Source: Psammoneis japonica (lineage: Eukaryota). From it: a stretch of DNA of 64,000 bases. The position numbers were made by a program, and so were the translations under genes. The stretch covers positions 1 through 64,000 of the forward strand of contig QPGO01000300.1 in assembly GCA_008632985.1 (NCBI GenBank), read 5' to 3'. Below are positions 24,601 to 36,861 of the stretch, in pieces. Position 1 is the stretch's first letter. Each line of letters opens with the position of its first letter. The notes beneath the pieces were generated by a model that was not told where the DNA came from, did no database searches, and saw nothing but the letters and a program-made list of their open reading frames with translations.

Positions 24601-27600
24601 GATGCTTGGCACCCTTCAACAAGTGCAACACTGTGTCAGAACGGCACACGGTGACTCAGAGGCCCCTTGCGCAGCTCTCGAAATCCCGTTTCAAGGAATG
24701 TTCCAAGGCCACGGAGCAGCACCGGGAATCTGGCTCTTGGTCAGCAGCCAGATCATTGAAATGCTGCGGAAAGAAGGTTTCGGCATCCGTGCGACAACAC
24801 CAATTGCAAGAGAGACCTTCCATTGTGTCTGCTGCACCTTCGTCGATGACACGGATCTTCCTCACACGTCCACCGATGGAAACACCACCTGCGAAACGAT
24901 TGTCACGGGGATGCAAGACATGACAGACTGCTGGGAAGGAGGCATTCGTGCAACAGGCAGCGCGCTGGTCCCAGAGAAGAGCTTCTGGTCCCTCGCCTCG
25001 TTTGCATGGGAAAACAACAGATGGAGACACCAAAAGACAGCAGAAACACCAGGGGACATTTCACTGCTTGACCACGGCGGGAAGCGAATCACCATCAAGA
25101 GGCTCGAAGCAACAGAAGCAAGGGAGACCCCAGGTGTGTGGTCAGCACTGGATGGCAATTCAGAGGCTCAGGTTCGAGCACTGTCCGACAAAGTCAACAA
25201 ATGGGCAGATCAGATTCGAAGTGGCCATCTCAACAGAACGGAATTGTGGCTGTCCTTGAGAGGCGGCATCATGAGAGGCATTGAACACCCACTGGCGGCT
25301 GCATCCCTGACTAAGAAGGAATGCTCACAAGTCGAAATTGCACTGTTTAACGTTGCTCTTCCTGCTTCAGGCTACCCAAGAACTTTTCCGAAAGACATTC
25401 TCCACGCACCACCAAAATTCAACGGGCTGGGGATCCCCAAACTGCACGTGGAACAAGGGTTGGCGAAGCTGGAAGTGTTCCTGCAGCAGATGGACTCTCC
25501 ATCAATGACGGGCAAGGAAATGCAACTCATCTACGAACTTACTTTGCTGGAGCTTGGACAGGATGGACAGCTGTTCCTAAAGAATTTCAAGCAACTCGGG
25601 CCGCCAGTCACAAAGTCCTGGATAAAATCGTTGTGGGAATTTTGCTGCAGGCACGACATTGAATTGCTCTCACCCACAACGCCATTTGCGCCATGCCGTG
25701 CAGGAGACACATTCCTTGTGAGCATGTTCGCAAGCCACGGCTGCAAAGGCAAAAAACTCAGGAAACTGAACATTTGCCGCATGTGGATCCAAGCTGCTAC
25801 AATCTCGGACATCACCTCTGGTGACGGAACCAGAATCCTCCCATGTTGCTGGAAAGGAGAAACACAATGCCAATCACACTGTAAATGGCCGCGTGCTGGG
25901 TGCCCATCCAAAAGATGCTGGAACGTGTGGCAAGAGGCACTGGCGTCGAGTTGTTTAGCAGTTGGACAAAACCAACACCTAAAACTTCGCAGACGACTTG
26001 GGAAATGGACCCGAAAACCGGCCACCACCTGGAGCTTCTGGGAGTGCGACGACAGGGTGTGCTGCACGGGAGAAGAAGGCATTGAAGTCTGCTCCAGAGC
26101 CCCGCACAGCAGAAGGAAACGACGACCGCTGTGCCATTTCACGAGCCATGCTGCCGAGCTTCCCAAAGACGCCAAACCAACTCAGATTCAATGGGTGGGG
26201 GGAAAAGTTTTACCTGCTGGCACTGCCGACTATGACATCTTTGCAGAACATGAAACACCAGATTCGTGGGCATTCATTCATTGCAGCCTCCAACCGCCAG
26301 ACAATGTGCTCACGACTGGTGTTCACCAAGGCACAGCCATCAGTGTTGCAGACGGGTCCTACAAAGATGACCTTGCCACGGCAGCCATGATTTTAGCACC
26401 GGAGGAAGGACACTCCCTGCGACACCGCGGAGTTGATCAAACCCCGGGCAACATCAGCGATCTCACAGCACACCGGAGCGAACTGGGGGGGATCTGTGGG
26501 CTGCTCGAACGTGTCCTCCAAACATGCCAAACACACAGAATCACGCAAGGCCGGATCGTGCTGGGTTGTGATTGCGACTTGGCGCTGACCACATGTTTTT
26601 GCAACAGCTGCGACGACCCGAAACAAACTGGCTGTGATCTCATCCACCCAATTCGACAAATGATCCAACTCATTCCAATCGCTGTTGTTCCGGCTGAAAT
26701 CACAGGACATGAAGATCGACATGTTCCCCTCAGTGAACTTGGCTGCTTGGAGGCACTCAATGTAGAAATGGACTTGCTTGCAAAAGCACACTGGGAAGCT
26801 CTCAAGGCCAATGATGACCCAGCTCCATTCCAGACAGAACAAAAAAATTGGAACATCAAGCCAAACGGCAGGCTTCTTACAATGTGGGACAAAACCATCA
26901 TCACGGACCACATCTGCGGGCCACCTGCAGAACGGCACTGGGAGAAGAAACTCAGCACTGAGCCAGGCCATGCCACGATTGACTGGAAGGCCTTGGGCAA
27001 AGCAACGCAACGGTGCCCCACCTTTCGCCGTCTATGGCAGCCGAAATGGTCTGCCGACCAGGTCAGAACAAACTGCAAGTTGCACGAGTGGGGACGCATC
27101 AAAAGCAACGCATGCCCACGCTGCAGAGAACCAGAGAAAGGAATTGACCATGTTCTCCGTTGCAGATCGTTCGAAGCACTTGAACTGTGGAAAAATCGCC
27201 TTGGCGACTTGGAAGACTGGCTCAACAAAAATCATGCGCAACCCGACATCAAGCGAGGACTTCTTCAACTCCTTCAAGAGTGGCATGACGAATTGCCACA
27301 AGGACCAAGGCTCTCAGACAATGCACTCGTGGACATGGCATCATTCGCTCAGGATGCACTCGGAGGTCAAGCTCTCTCCCGCGGCTTCATGGCCAAAGAC
27401 TGGGCCGCAGCACAACAGGCATGCTACGACTTCTTGGACAGAAAGAATGCCGGACTTCGCTGGCTCTCAGGAGCAATGCAACAGCTGTGGGACATCTCCT
27501 GGGACATGTGGCGACAACGCATGCGCGCCGCTGCTCGTGACAACTCGGCAACACAAATCAGAATCAACAGCCTTCTGGATGACAAGATTGAGGAGGAATG

Positions 27601-27736
27601 TGCCTCCTGCTTTAACTCACCCAACCCCTCACCCCACCTCATGCGGTGGTTCACCCAATCCATGGAAGAAGTCCAGGCAGAAACCACAGACTTCAAGCGC
27701 AACTGGATTGAAGCTGTCCGGGTGCGAAAACAATGA
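21700..27736 (+). pseudogene. LINE-B ORF2: AP endonuclease, RT, RNase H, zinc finger; interrupted by a MITE and stops
   Basis: APE motifs GIGEVN, GGDFNE, QID, SDHR; RT motifs DAKSCCDRI, FQGHG, TFVDDT; RNase H motifs VADGS, RSELGG, GCDC, GHED; CPRC...DHVLRC. In-frame TAG at 24269-24271. Confidence 0.9.
23130..23684 (-). mobile_element. MITE family 1, copy B (555 bp, TpA largely converted), inside LINE-B ORF2
   Basis: Perfect TIR GACGTGTTCCAG / CTGGAACACGTC, TSD TCAT (23126-23129 and 23685-23688). Confidence 0.92.
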
Positions 27737-27944
27737 CACGCTTCTGCATCTCCATCGACAACCACCCAGGCCTCACGGAGCCAGGTTGCCGGTTGCCGCC
27801 CACAACCACAAATGCGGTGTGTGTGTTTTGTTTTGCATCGACACTCTGAACCTGTCCACAGTTGTGGATTGAAAGGACTCTCAGGCGCATTTGAGCCCCA
27901 GGCAGCAGCCAAATTGGCTGTGCAATTTTTAAGAATTGAATTGA

Positions 27945-30900
27945 ACTTTGGGAGTTGCAGCTCGTGCCCTGCTGCGTTCAGTGGGTCGCACCAAAGTTGA
28001 TCATCTTGCTGCACTTTGAATGCCAACTCCAAGCCGTCAGGCTGGGGGGATGCCGTGAAGTCATTCACCTGCTTGGACGTGTCATCCACATGTCCTCGGT
28101 TGTAGATCTTGAGTGATGCGGAGTGATCAGGAGACTCAAAGAAAGCTCCGTGAGCTTTTTGGTCGAAGAGATTGAACAAACTGTTGCACACCCAGTTCCA
28201 GCACAGTGGAGAGTTTCCACCACCTTGTCCTGTGCCGCAGACAGGAAAATCCAAAGAGTGGGAGCAAGAGGTGGGAGACAACCCAATGGCTGTTTTAGCC
28301 AGTGCCGAGCTTGTAGGAGGGCAGATGTGGCTGACTTTGTCACTGTTTTGGGCACGCCGTTGCTTCAACTTTCGAGCACCACCAGAGCAGGAATGTTCCT
28401 GTCGCAACAGGAGGTGCAGTCGCCGTTGCTGTGGACAGCTGTTTTTCAAGACACCCTGCTGATTTCCAACATCAATTCTTCCAAACATGCTGGGACGTCA
28501 GCATGCAGGAAAGGACGCGTGCCGCAAACACCTGGATTGTGCAATTTGTGATGCTCCACATTCTGAGCCAACGAACGCCATGGGACACTTGAGATCAGTT
28601 GGAAATCTGCCTCGCAGACATGAACAATGTGCAAACAGTGAATCTTGTCATTGCCTGCTTCCTTGAATGTCATCACATTCACAATGTCCCTCCATCGGTC
28701 ATGGGAACATCCCCAGCACAAGGCGCAATTGAGCAAATTAAGCCAGATTTGCACCAAGGTCTGCTGTGCATCATCTGGGTGGATGCAGGCATCCGTCGGA
28801 TCTCCGTCCTTTGTCTTGGCACGTGAATGAGCGTGGGAAGCACACGTGGCCTTCCAGTGACCGAGGTGCAATCCCGACCTGATGGATGCAGAGGCAGTTT
28901 GCAAGTTTCCTTCCATGACTTCAACTCACCCTCCAAATTGTTGGCCGTGAGACAAGAGGAGACGGCAACAGGGGAACAACGTTCGAGGTGCTGAATAAAA
29001 CGAGGTGTGGCCTCATTGAGTTGGGTGGTGTCACATTTGCCGTCTAAGATGAGATCAGCGAAAATCGTGTCTGCCTTGCAACCAAGGTCAACGGACAGTG
29101 GAGGAACAGCAGGTGGAGCACCGTGTGCTTGACCGAAATGGCATTGGTTGCGGTGGTGGATGGCTGAGGCCACATTGTCTGGGGCATCGATGGCAACCCA
29201 GTCCTCACACTCTTTTGGATTCACCGCGGGGTTCCGGGGTGCATGCACGCTGTTGACGCCATTGTTGCCATCCAGTTTGCAGCATTCAATCTTGCGGAAA
29301 AGTTTCTTGGTTTCTTCGGCCTTGCGGACATTCCTGACAATCTTCGCTTTGCGTTTGGACTCCTTGGTGCCTTCCAATTCGAGTGAAGCAATCTTCTTGG
29401 CCATTTCATTTTCGCGGTGGATGACGCTGTCGGCAGCAACTTGTCCACATTTGGCTTGGGTGGCGCGGAGCTCACGCAGACAGTCCTCCAGGGTTTCCGG
29501 GATGACAAAGGAACCTTGCAGCTTGTCTTGGATGACACGGATGTGGCTGACTTGATCCAGGCAAGAGCACATCATTGAGGCCACTCGGCCAAGAATGTGC
29601 ACCCGACACCGCAGTTGTGACAATTCTGCCGACCACTCTGGTTCTCTGTGGATCTGACACTTCTTCGCAGCAGCCAAAGATTGCTGCAACATGTCTTGAT
29701 CTAACCTTTCTGCCAGTTCATGATCGGGGATGGCTTGATCAAGTGGCACTTGTGAGCGAGCCAACACATGTCTGCTGGCCAACATTGGTCCGATGGCATC
29801 CAAGTGGGTCGTCACTTGGGGTTGAGGCGAAGACTGGATGTCCCTGCAGCTGGCCTTGGGCAAGTCAACGGCAGGATTCCCAAACAAGGCCATCGTGTCA
29901 AAATCCACGAAATGAGCATGATGGTCTGACACAACACGACAACCGAATGCTTCACATCCACCAAACCTGGCAGCAGACAAAGCACTGGGTGTGGCAAGCA
30001 TGAAATCCAGGTGTTTCCGTCCTCACGTGTGTGTGGAAAGTTCGTTGCTGCCCATCAAATCATGTGACACATCCGAAAGGGTAAAACGCTGGGTGAGGGA
30101 GGCAAGTGTGTCCGTGTCCATTGAGAAATTGGTGTTGAAATCTCCGCAAATGATGACTTCGTGATTGGAGTCGACCAAGAACTCTTGCAGGCGACAAGAC
30201 AAATCCGCACAAAAGGCCTTCCTGGGGTCGATGGACTGTGCTGCGGTGTCGTGCTGAGATGGAGTTCCCCAACAAGAGGGCCGTTCCACCAGGTTTGCAC
30301 TGAGCAGTGAAGGGGGTTGAGCTGCATGAGAAGGTGCCGCGTCCATTGGAAATTGCATTGCAGACAGCAGATCAACACACTGACAGAACATCACACTGCG
30401 CAGTGTCCAGACACACTTCCGAAATGCCCACGACGTCTGCTTGGATCTCATTTGCCATTTGACAATGCTCGCGGATGTCACCACCTCTTTTGTCAAATTT
30501 ACAACCATCAGCGTTGAATGCGCACAGACGAGCATGATGGGGCAGCTTGGGATGAAGATCATCACCAACAGGATCATTGGATGTTGGCCGAGAAAGGTCA
30601 ATGCTTCGAGTGCTTGACGCACCATTGCTGGTGCCATTCAAGAGCAATTGCCATTCGTTGATGTAGGATGTGCTGGTGGAGTCACTGCTCATGTTGGGCC
30701 ACGCTCCTCCAATGAGAAGACTGGGGCTCAGAGCTCTGACTGTCAGGTGATGCAGTGTTGCAGGAGATTTTGCGGCACTTGGCGGTGCGGTGGAACAAAT
30801 GGGAGATGGTGAGGGACTCGTTTGCAGGAGATGAGATGTCGGGTGGACGCCTGATTGTTTGAGGTGGTGGAGGCGGCAAAGTCCAACCCCTGTCTAAAAA

Positions 30901-32830
30901 TCCTTCTCCTTGTCACGTGAATCAGCCAAGCAATCTGGTGTGTCCATGTGATTTGGACGTTTCCATGCAGATGTTTGGGTTGGATGATTTGCTTGGAGCA
31001 GGTGGACTGTCTGATTCATCTGGTCCTGCACACCCGCAAGTTGTTGAGAGTGCTGAGCATGTAAAGCTGTGATGCCCCACTTGTGTTGTTGCGTGAATGC
31101 ATTGTCAATCGCCTCCACATCTCCTGAGTGCTGAGAACGTAAATCCTCCAAAGCTCTCTTGGTTTTCTCTTGCATCTGAGACATGTTGCGTTGGACGTCT
31201 GCTGGCTGAACGGAGGTGATGGAACTGGCAGTGGGCTGTGTGGCCTGTGCATGTGAGTGTGGTGGAGAAATCATGCCAGGGCAACTGGAGCATCCGGGCA
31301 GTGAGGGCAAGTTCTGGGAGCACTGGGTGTGGATGTGGGGAGGAACAGCTGATCCTTGTTGAGCACCACGGCCGGGGAAACCTTGACCTCTGCCATCATG
31401 ACCGCGGCCCGCCGATTGCAACAGTGGCGGGTGTTGATGATTGCCTGAAGCATTGTTGTCTGTCAAAGGTGAAACATCAGAAAAGGCAAGAGGCTCTAAA
31501 CTGCGGATGCTGGGCAATGCAATGGACTTGCCAGTGTCCGACATCTCTTCCATCACACCGAAAACTTGAGGAGGATCCTTAAAGAGTGGGGTGGGACAGG
31601 CTTCTTTTGAAATTGTTGGGATGAGATTCATGACGCACGTGGAAATGGCAGCCCTGGCAGACTTGAACTCGAGACGGTTGACAAGGATGTTGCAGCGGCC
31701 GGTGGTGGCACTTGATGGGAAGATTGCTTTCACGTCTTTTAATGCCTTGACCTGATTCTCAAAATGGAGCACAATGTTCGGAGCAGCACTCAGCAGTGGA
31801 ACAACGAAAGTGTCTTCATTCCGATGAGCTTGGATTTTGACCATGTTGCAAAAGGCGAGGGGGGAGATGCACCAGGTCTTGGCCACGACAATGTGTGTTG
31901 GGAACTTCTTGGACACATGAAGCAAGGCCTTCCCGGCCGAGCAAAAGTCTTCCATCAATGCCTCAACAGTGAAGGCAGCAGCACGCAGGGGAGGAGCGAG
32001 ACCTTTGTTGTTCCCGGCCGAGCGACAGTCTTCCATCAATGCCTCAACAGCAAAGGCAGCAGCACGCAGGGGAGGAGCGAGACCTTTGTTGTCAGCACGA
32101 ACAGAGGTGGTCACCAACCTGAACTTTGGCATTTTTGTCTGGCATTTCCCAAGATCACGGAGGAACATTTTTGCAGCTTCATCGGCCGGAGTGTGTTTGG
32201 TCGCGGCAGCAATGCAGCATGCTGGGGAGGCCGTTTCAACATCTGATTCATTCCAATGATGACGTTTCATGCCCACATTGTTGGAATCCAAAATGCTCTG
32301 GACATGAGGATGAGAGCAATTGTCACGAAGAGGAATTTTCGCAAGGATCCGGTGGCATGAGCAGTGAGTCACAGGACGTTTTTCACCTTTGCGAGTCATT
32401 GAAATGACGAAGTGTCTTTTGTGTTGAAGAGATGACACCCATTCAGCAACGTCAACGTGGGCAATTTGGTTGTTGTCATTGTCCATGATCTTCACATCCT
32501 TGCAGCAGGTGAAGAGAATTTGTTGAAGAACCTGCAAATGAGGGGTGACAAGAGTCATTGGCTTGCACGACACTTCTGGGCCACTGATGTCAAAATGAAG
32601 GGCAATTTCCTCAAACTGACGCTCGGTCGGTTTGGAAGAAGGCTTGATGGATGATTGGTCGACAGCAATGTCATCAGCCACAGTCGCATCATGACGACGG
32701 GAAGGGCCATGGCTGCCGTCAGTGACAGAAGAAGATGCCATGGTGGTTGGCTGTTCTGTGGGGAACCTGGCACCAAAAACACGCAGGTGCTTTCAACTGG
32801 AATGTGCGCAGAATTGCAGGATGTCAAAAA
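27945..32830 (-). mobile_element. LINE-A, 5' part: ORF1 (30894..32741) and ORF2 APE + RT; 5' end approximate
   Basis: RLCAFNADG, GISEVCLD, IICGDFN, SDHH (APE); GTGQGGGNSP, GHVDDT (RT). ELQLPK is duplicated at both junctions with LINE-B. Confidence 0.87.
31930..32091. repeat. In-frame 81-bp tandem duplication inside LINE-A ORF1
   Basis: NKGLAPPLRAAAFxVEALMEDxxSAG occurs twice. Confidence 0.9.
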
Positions 32831-35230
32831 CAGTCTGCATGGTTGGGATGACTTTCATTTTACGCAAGCATTTTGGGAGGCAATTTGAGTCATTTCCATT
32901 GCCCCCGCTGTTGCAGCTCCAGCTGGAGCAAGAAGCAATTGGGCTCTTGATGACATGAGCCCTGTGTGCATGATGTCACTTTTTCAAGACACCAGTGCAA
33001 GAGAGCTTGGTCTGCTGAATCATCAAAGTCAATCACTGCAAGCCTGCTGGACTCTCCAAGAAATCATTTCATTTGCAACTGTGGGGCTCCTGTTGTTTTG
33101 TTGTTTGGCCAATGTCTCAGCTTGCTTTGCATGCATCCAAAGCTTGTGATTGACTCATCTTTGTTGTCACCCCAGCCGGTGCTCTGACTGATCACCTGAA
33201 TGGCACTCTCTGTCACCAAGAAATGTTTTCAGGTTCAGGCTCCATTTTTCAATCTGCTGGCTTCAAATGTCTGCTGTTGCAGACCGGCCCAGAGGCAGGC
33301 ACAAGACATGCTCCAGCTCAGGTGGGACCTTGCACTGCTGAACTGTGGCATCAAGAGTTTTTTGGATTGTGCTGCACGTCACACATGTGCGCATCTGTGT
33401 GTGAGTTTCTATGAAATTGTTTCATGCTGCCTGTTTTGCAAAGCCAAAGGCTTTCCATTTTCAACATTTGTGAAAATGAAAATGGGCTGGGTGTGTTCTT
33501 TGATGTCTGCAGAACACACCCGGGCAAACTCGCCAAGGAGGAGACACATTCACAAAATTGCCTCTTTTTCTGTTGGCAATTCTTTTCATTTTCATTGCTT
33601 GACAGGGTTGGGGTTGGGGTCAGGGTCAATGTCGCACACGGAGTCCCACCCAGGGCTGGAACTCATCCAAGTTCCTTGAAGACGACAGCACTTCCAGTTC
33701 AAGGTGCACCTTTGAGGATGTTGCAATCAACTCTTGTGAGGATGCACAATGCAGTGAGGAGAAATGACAGCTGGGTGAGCCAAAATGGAGAAAAGAGTGC
33801 ATTGAAAATGAGAGTTGGTGTGCCTGCAGACCAGAAACTGAGCAACAATGAGAAGCATGTGTCTGCACAGGAGAAACTTTGAGCATCCAATCACAGGCAA
33901 CTGTTCAACAAGGAGTGCAATTCTCTTGAGGCATGTGCACAATGAGCGCACAGCAGCACAATGTTGGGCAGATGACAGTCGTGCATTTGTTGTGATTTGT
34001 GCAACAAATTGCTGTCAATGCTGACGATGATGATGACATTTTTCTCAAGCTCTCACAGGATGACTTTGCAATGGGCACTTGTCGCAATGATTGACTGCAC
34101 TGCTCAAAACATGAACATGCAAAGAAAGTCCCCCTGATGAAGTCTCAGTTGTTCAGCGATGAATGCATGACAGCAACAGGTCAGAAAACAGAAAACAGAC
34201 CACGGCATTGGTGCAATGTTTTGCTTTGAAACAGAGGTTGCTCTCGGGGACTTTCATGACTGAGTGCATTCTCAAACTCAACGACCCAAATGTCTGCAAT
34301 GACAAAATGTTCTGGGGCACGTTGCTTGCTGTCATCAATGTCGTGCGAAGTTTCCAGCACAAAAAAAAGTTCAGAAAGTCCAATCATCTTGCCATCCATC
34401 AGCTCATTGTGCAAATGCCTCAAAAACAAAACAAATTGATTTTGGGTTTCTGATTCATTGCTTTGGCAGTGCAACAGCCAGTCCCGTGCAAAATCGTGAT
34501 GACGGTGCATCGATTTTGCACTCGTCTGTCTGTTGAACCAGAAGTCTGTCTGTCTTTCTGAGTGCAATGACCCCCAAAACATCAAACCACTGCACGGTGA
34601 GGGACGACGCACAAAAAAGGCAAGACCATGACGGGGGGATTCATCGTTGGCGCAGCACTCTGTTTGACGCAGCTGCTCGTCGTCGAGATGCCTCAGCCCA
34701 ACAGTCTGCGCCCCAAAACTTTCAAGACAGGAAGGCCAAGGGCTCAAGTGTGGCGCCGTGCACTTGCTCAACGCGACTGTCGACAGTTGGTGCGTGTGCC
34801 GTGCATCTGCTGGTTGCATTGGTGCGCCATTGGAAACCACAAAACAAACAAGCAGCAGTGTAGTTCCAGTGCTGCTGCTGAGAGTGCAAACGGTGGAAAA
34901 GACAAAAGGGCTGATCCGAGGATCACTTGTGTGAAGCACATGAGTTAAAACGTTTTGCTCTAGAGGGCACCAAACTGCAGCAACAATCAGAAATCTCTGA
35001 AGAACCAAAAAGGCATCCTTCCATGTTGAAGCTTCCTCAAGAGTGGCGCCATGCACTCGCATGAGGCGACTGTCGACAGGCCTGGCAGACGACGATGAAT
35101 GCCCCAAGATCTCGCACAAGAGCATCAATGGAGGGCATGTGTGCCGTCCATTTGTTCGTGCGCTGTTGAAAACTGCAAAACAACCAAGCGGAGCAACGCA
35201 TCCTCGTTTTACTCATTTGTTCATTGATCT

Positions 35231-36797
35231 TCAAAAGAGCAGTCCTTCTCTTCTGAACGCAGGCACAGGACATGAGAAACACCAAGGAAACGCAGTTCCA
35301 CCTTGCTCTCTGCTGCTTTCATTGCAGTGCGTAAACTCCAGTGATGCTTGAAAGACGCGGGCGACAGCCGTGGCGAGCTCCACAGGTGCTGCATTTCTGA
35401 TTTGCCTTCGTTGCTCCGCCGCCGTTCCAAAGAATCGACAGTCTGCCGGAAAGGATTGCAATGCTTTCAACTCGGACAGACAAAGGCGGCGATTTTCAAA
35501 ACAGTGAATCAGTGGCGTTCCTGTCTTCACGGCCGGAGCAAGGGCTTCCGCTGCAAGATGTTGCCTTTCCATGTCCTCTTGCAGCGAGGGGTCCTCCTCG
35601 AACCAACCCTCAAACGGCCGAAGAACATCTCTCACCAAGACACGGGGTGGTTGATCGGCCTCGCTGCCATGTGTCGTTTGTGGCAAGGGTGACACATGGG
35701 CACACGTGTGTGCTGCAAACAAAAAGAGCCTTGGACGCTTCTGTGCATCTCCAAAATCACAAGCGCAGAGGCAGGAGCAGTGAACCTGGTGTCCCACACG
35801 CATCAGATCTGCAACGATTCTCATGATGCACTTGAAATGTTTGCATTTCCACATTCCAAGAACATTCTCGAAAGAAACTGCAACAGGACGAAACTCCTTC
35901 ACTGCATCAATCAAGGAAAGCAAGAGCTGGTTGTTTTCTTCGTCATTCTCACCACCATTGCGGTTCGTGCCAGAAAAGCCTTGGCAAGGAGGAGAAGCGT
36001 GCACGTGGTCGATGGAACCAATGGTCGCCTTGTGTTCTGGATCTTTTTGGCATTGTTTGTGGAACACGCGAATGTCGCCGGCAAAAATGGACGTGTGCGA
36101 GCTGTTTGCGGACAAAGTTTCGACCGCTGCAGTGTCTTGTTCAATCGCTTTGGCTGCTTTGAATCCGCATCTCTCAAACCCAATCCCCATGCCACCACAC
36201 CCTGCAAATAGATCCAACACACGCTTTTCGGATCGCTTCGCCTCTGGTTCTCGGTTTGGACCAGCAGCAGCCGAACTGATGCCATTTCCCCTCTGTCTGC
36301 GGCTGACAGACAAGATCTGGAATCTCGCTCAACTGTTCTTTCCCAAACAGGTCCAGTGGCAATTCGACGTCAGTGCCTTCGACTTGAGCGTGAGGGAACA
36401 ACTCATGAAGATGTGAGTCAAAGTCATCCTTGTGTTGACCTGGGATTGTCTCTTCAAAGTGTGCAACCAACGTGCACATTGCACTCTTCTCTGTGCAGAA
36501 GTGTTTGACTGCGACAACAACATCAAGACTGCATCTGTCGCTTTCTTCCAAGCACTGACAGCAACGCCCTTTCTGGGTGGTCTTTCCTTTCACACGCAGG
36601 CTGGCGGGATTGAAGCCGTCAGACGATGATCTTTTAGTTGGGCCCACATTTTGCACTTCTGTGTCGCCTTTCAGCTTTTGTTTCGACCTAAAACCTTGGA
36701 GAGCAAGAGCGAGTTTACTTTTTCGAATCAATTCATAAAACATGGGAGTTTCATTGTCCAGTTCTTCGTCCCCAGTTGACTTGGCTTTAAACTGCAA
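35231..36797 (-). pseudogene. C5-cytosine DNA methyltransferase, DNMT4/RID/Masc1-like (decayed, frameshifted N-terminal extension)
   Basis: Motif I VLDLFAGCGG, IV HASPPCQGFS followed by GGENDEEN, VI FENV, VIII QKRPRLF, IX RRLCLSELKALQSFP, X QIRNAAP. Subfamily assignment is an inference from the motif IV context. Confidence 0.85.
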
Positions 36798-36861
36798 GGA
36801 CCTGTCTCAGACATTTTAGCTCCAGTGAAACGAAACGGCTCTACCTCCGGATCTCCTTCAT

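Larger units (their letters stand above)
19227..27944 (+). mobile_element. LINE-B, full-length non-LTR retrotransposon (ORF1 + APE-RT-RNase H ORF2), inserted into LINE-A
   Basis: 19-bp TSD ACTTTGGGAGTTGCAGCTC at 19208-19226 and 27945-27963; 3' tail of AATTG repeats; two-ORF structure. Architecture resembles diatom Ambal-type LINEs (inference). Confidence 0.93.

Noticed and set aside
26393..27872. Long antisense or alternate-frame ORFs over LINE-B (26437..27228, 26778..27872) and over gag (5094..5843)
   Set aside because: Shadow ORFs of real coding frames in stop-depleted DNA; no motifs.
4177..32830. Classical RIP (CpA>TpA) or plain CpG decay as the cause of the bias
   Set aside because: Direction is opposite to RIP (conserved Tyr lost, TA depleted), and CpGs are retained in the LTRs, MITEs and LINE-B.
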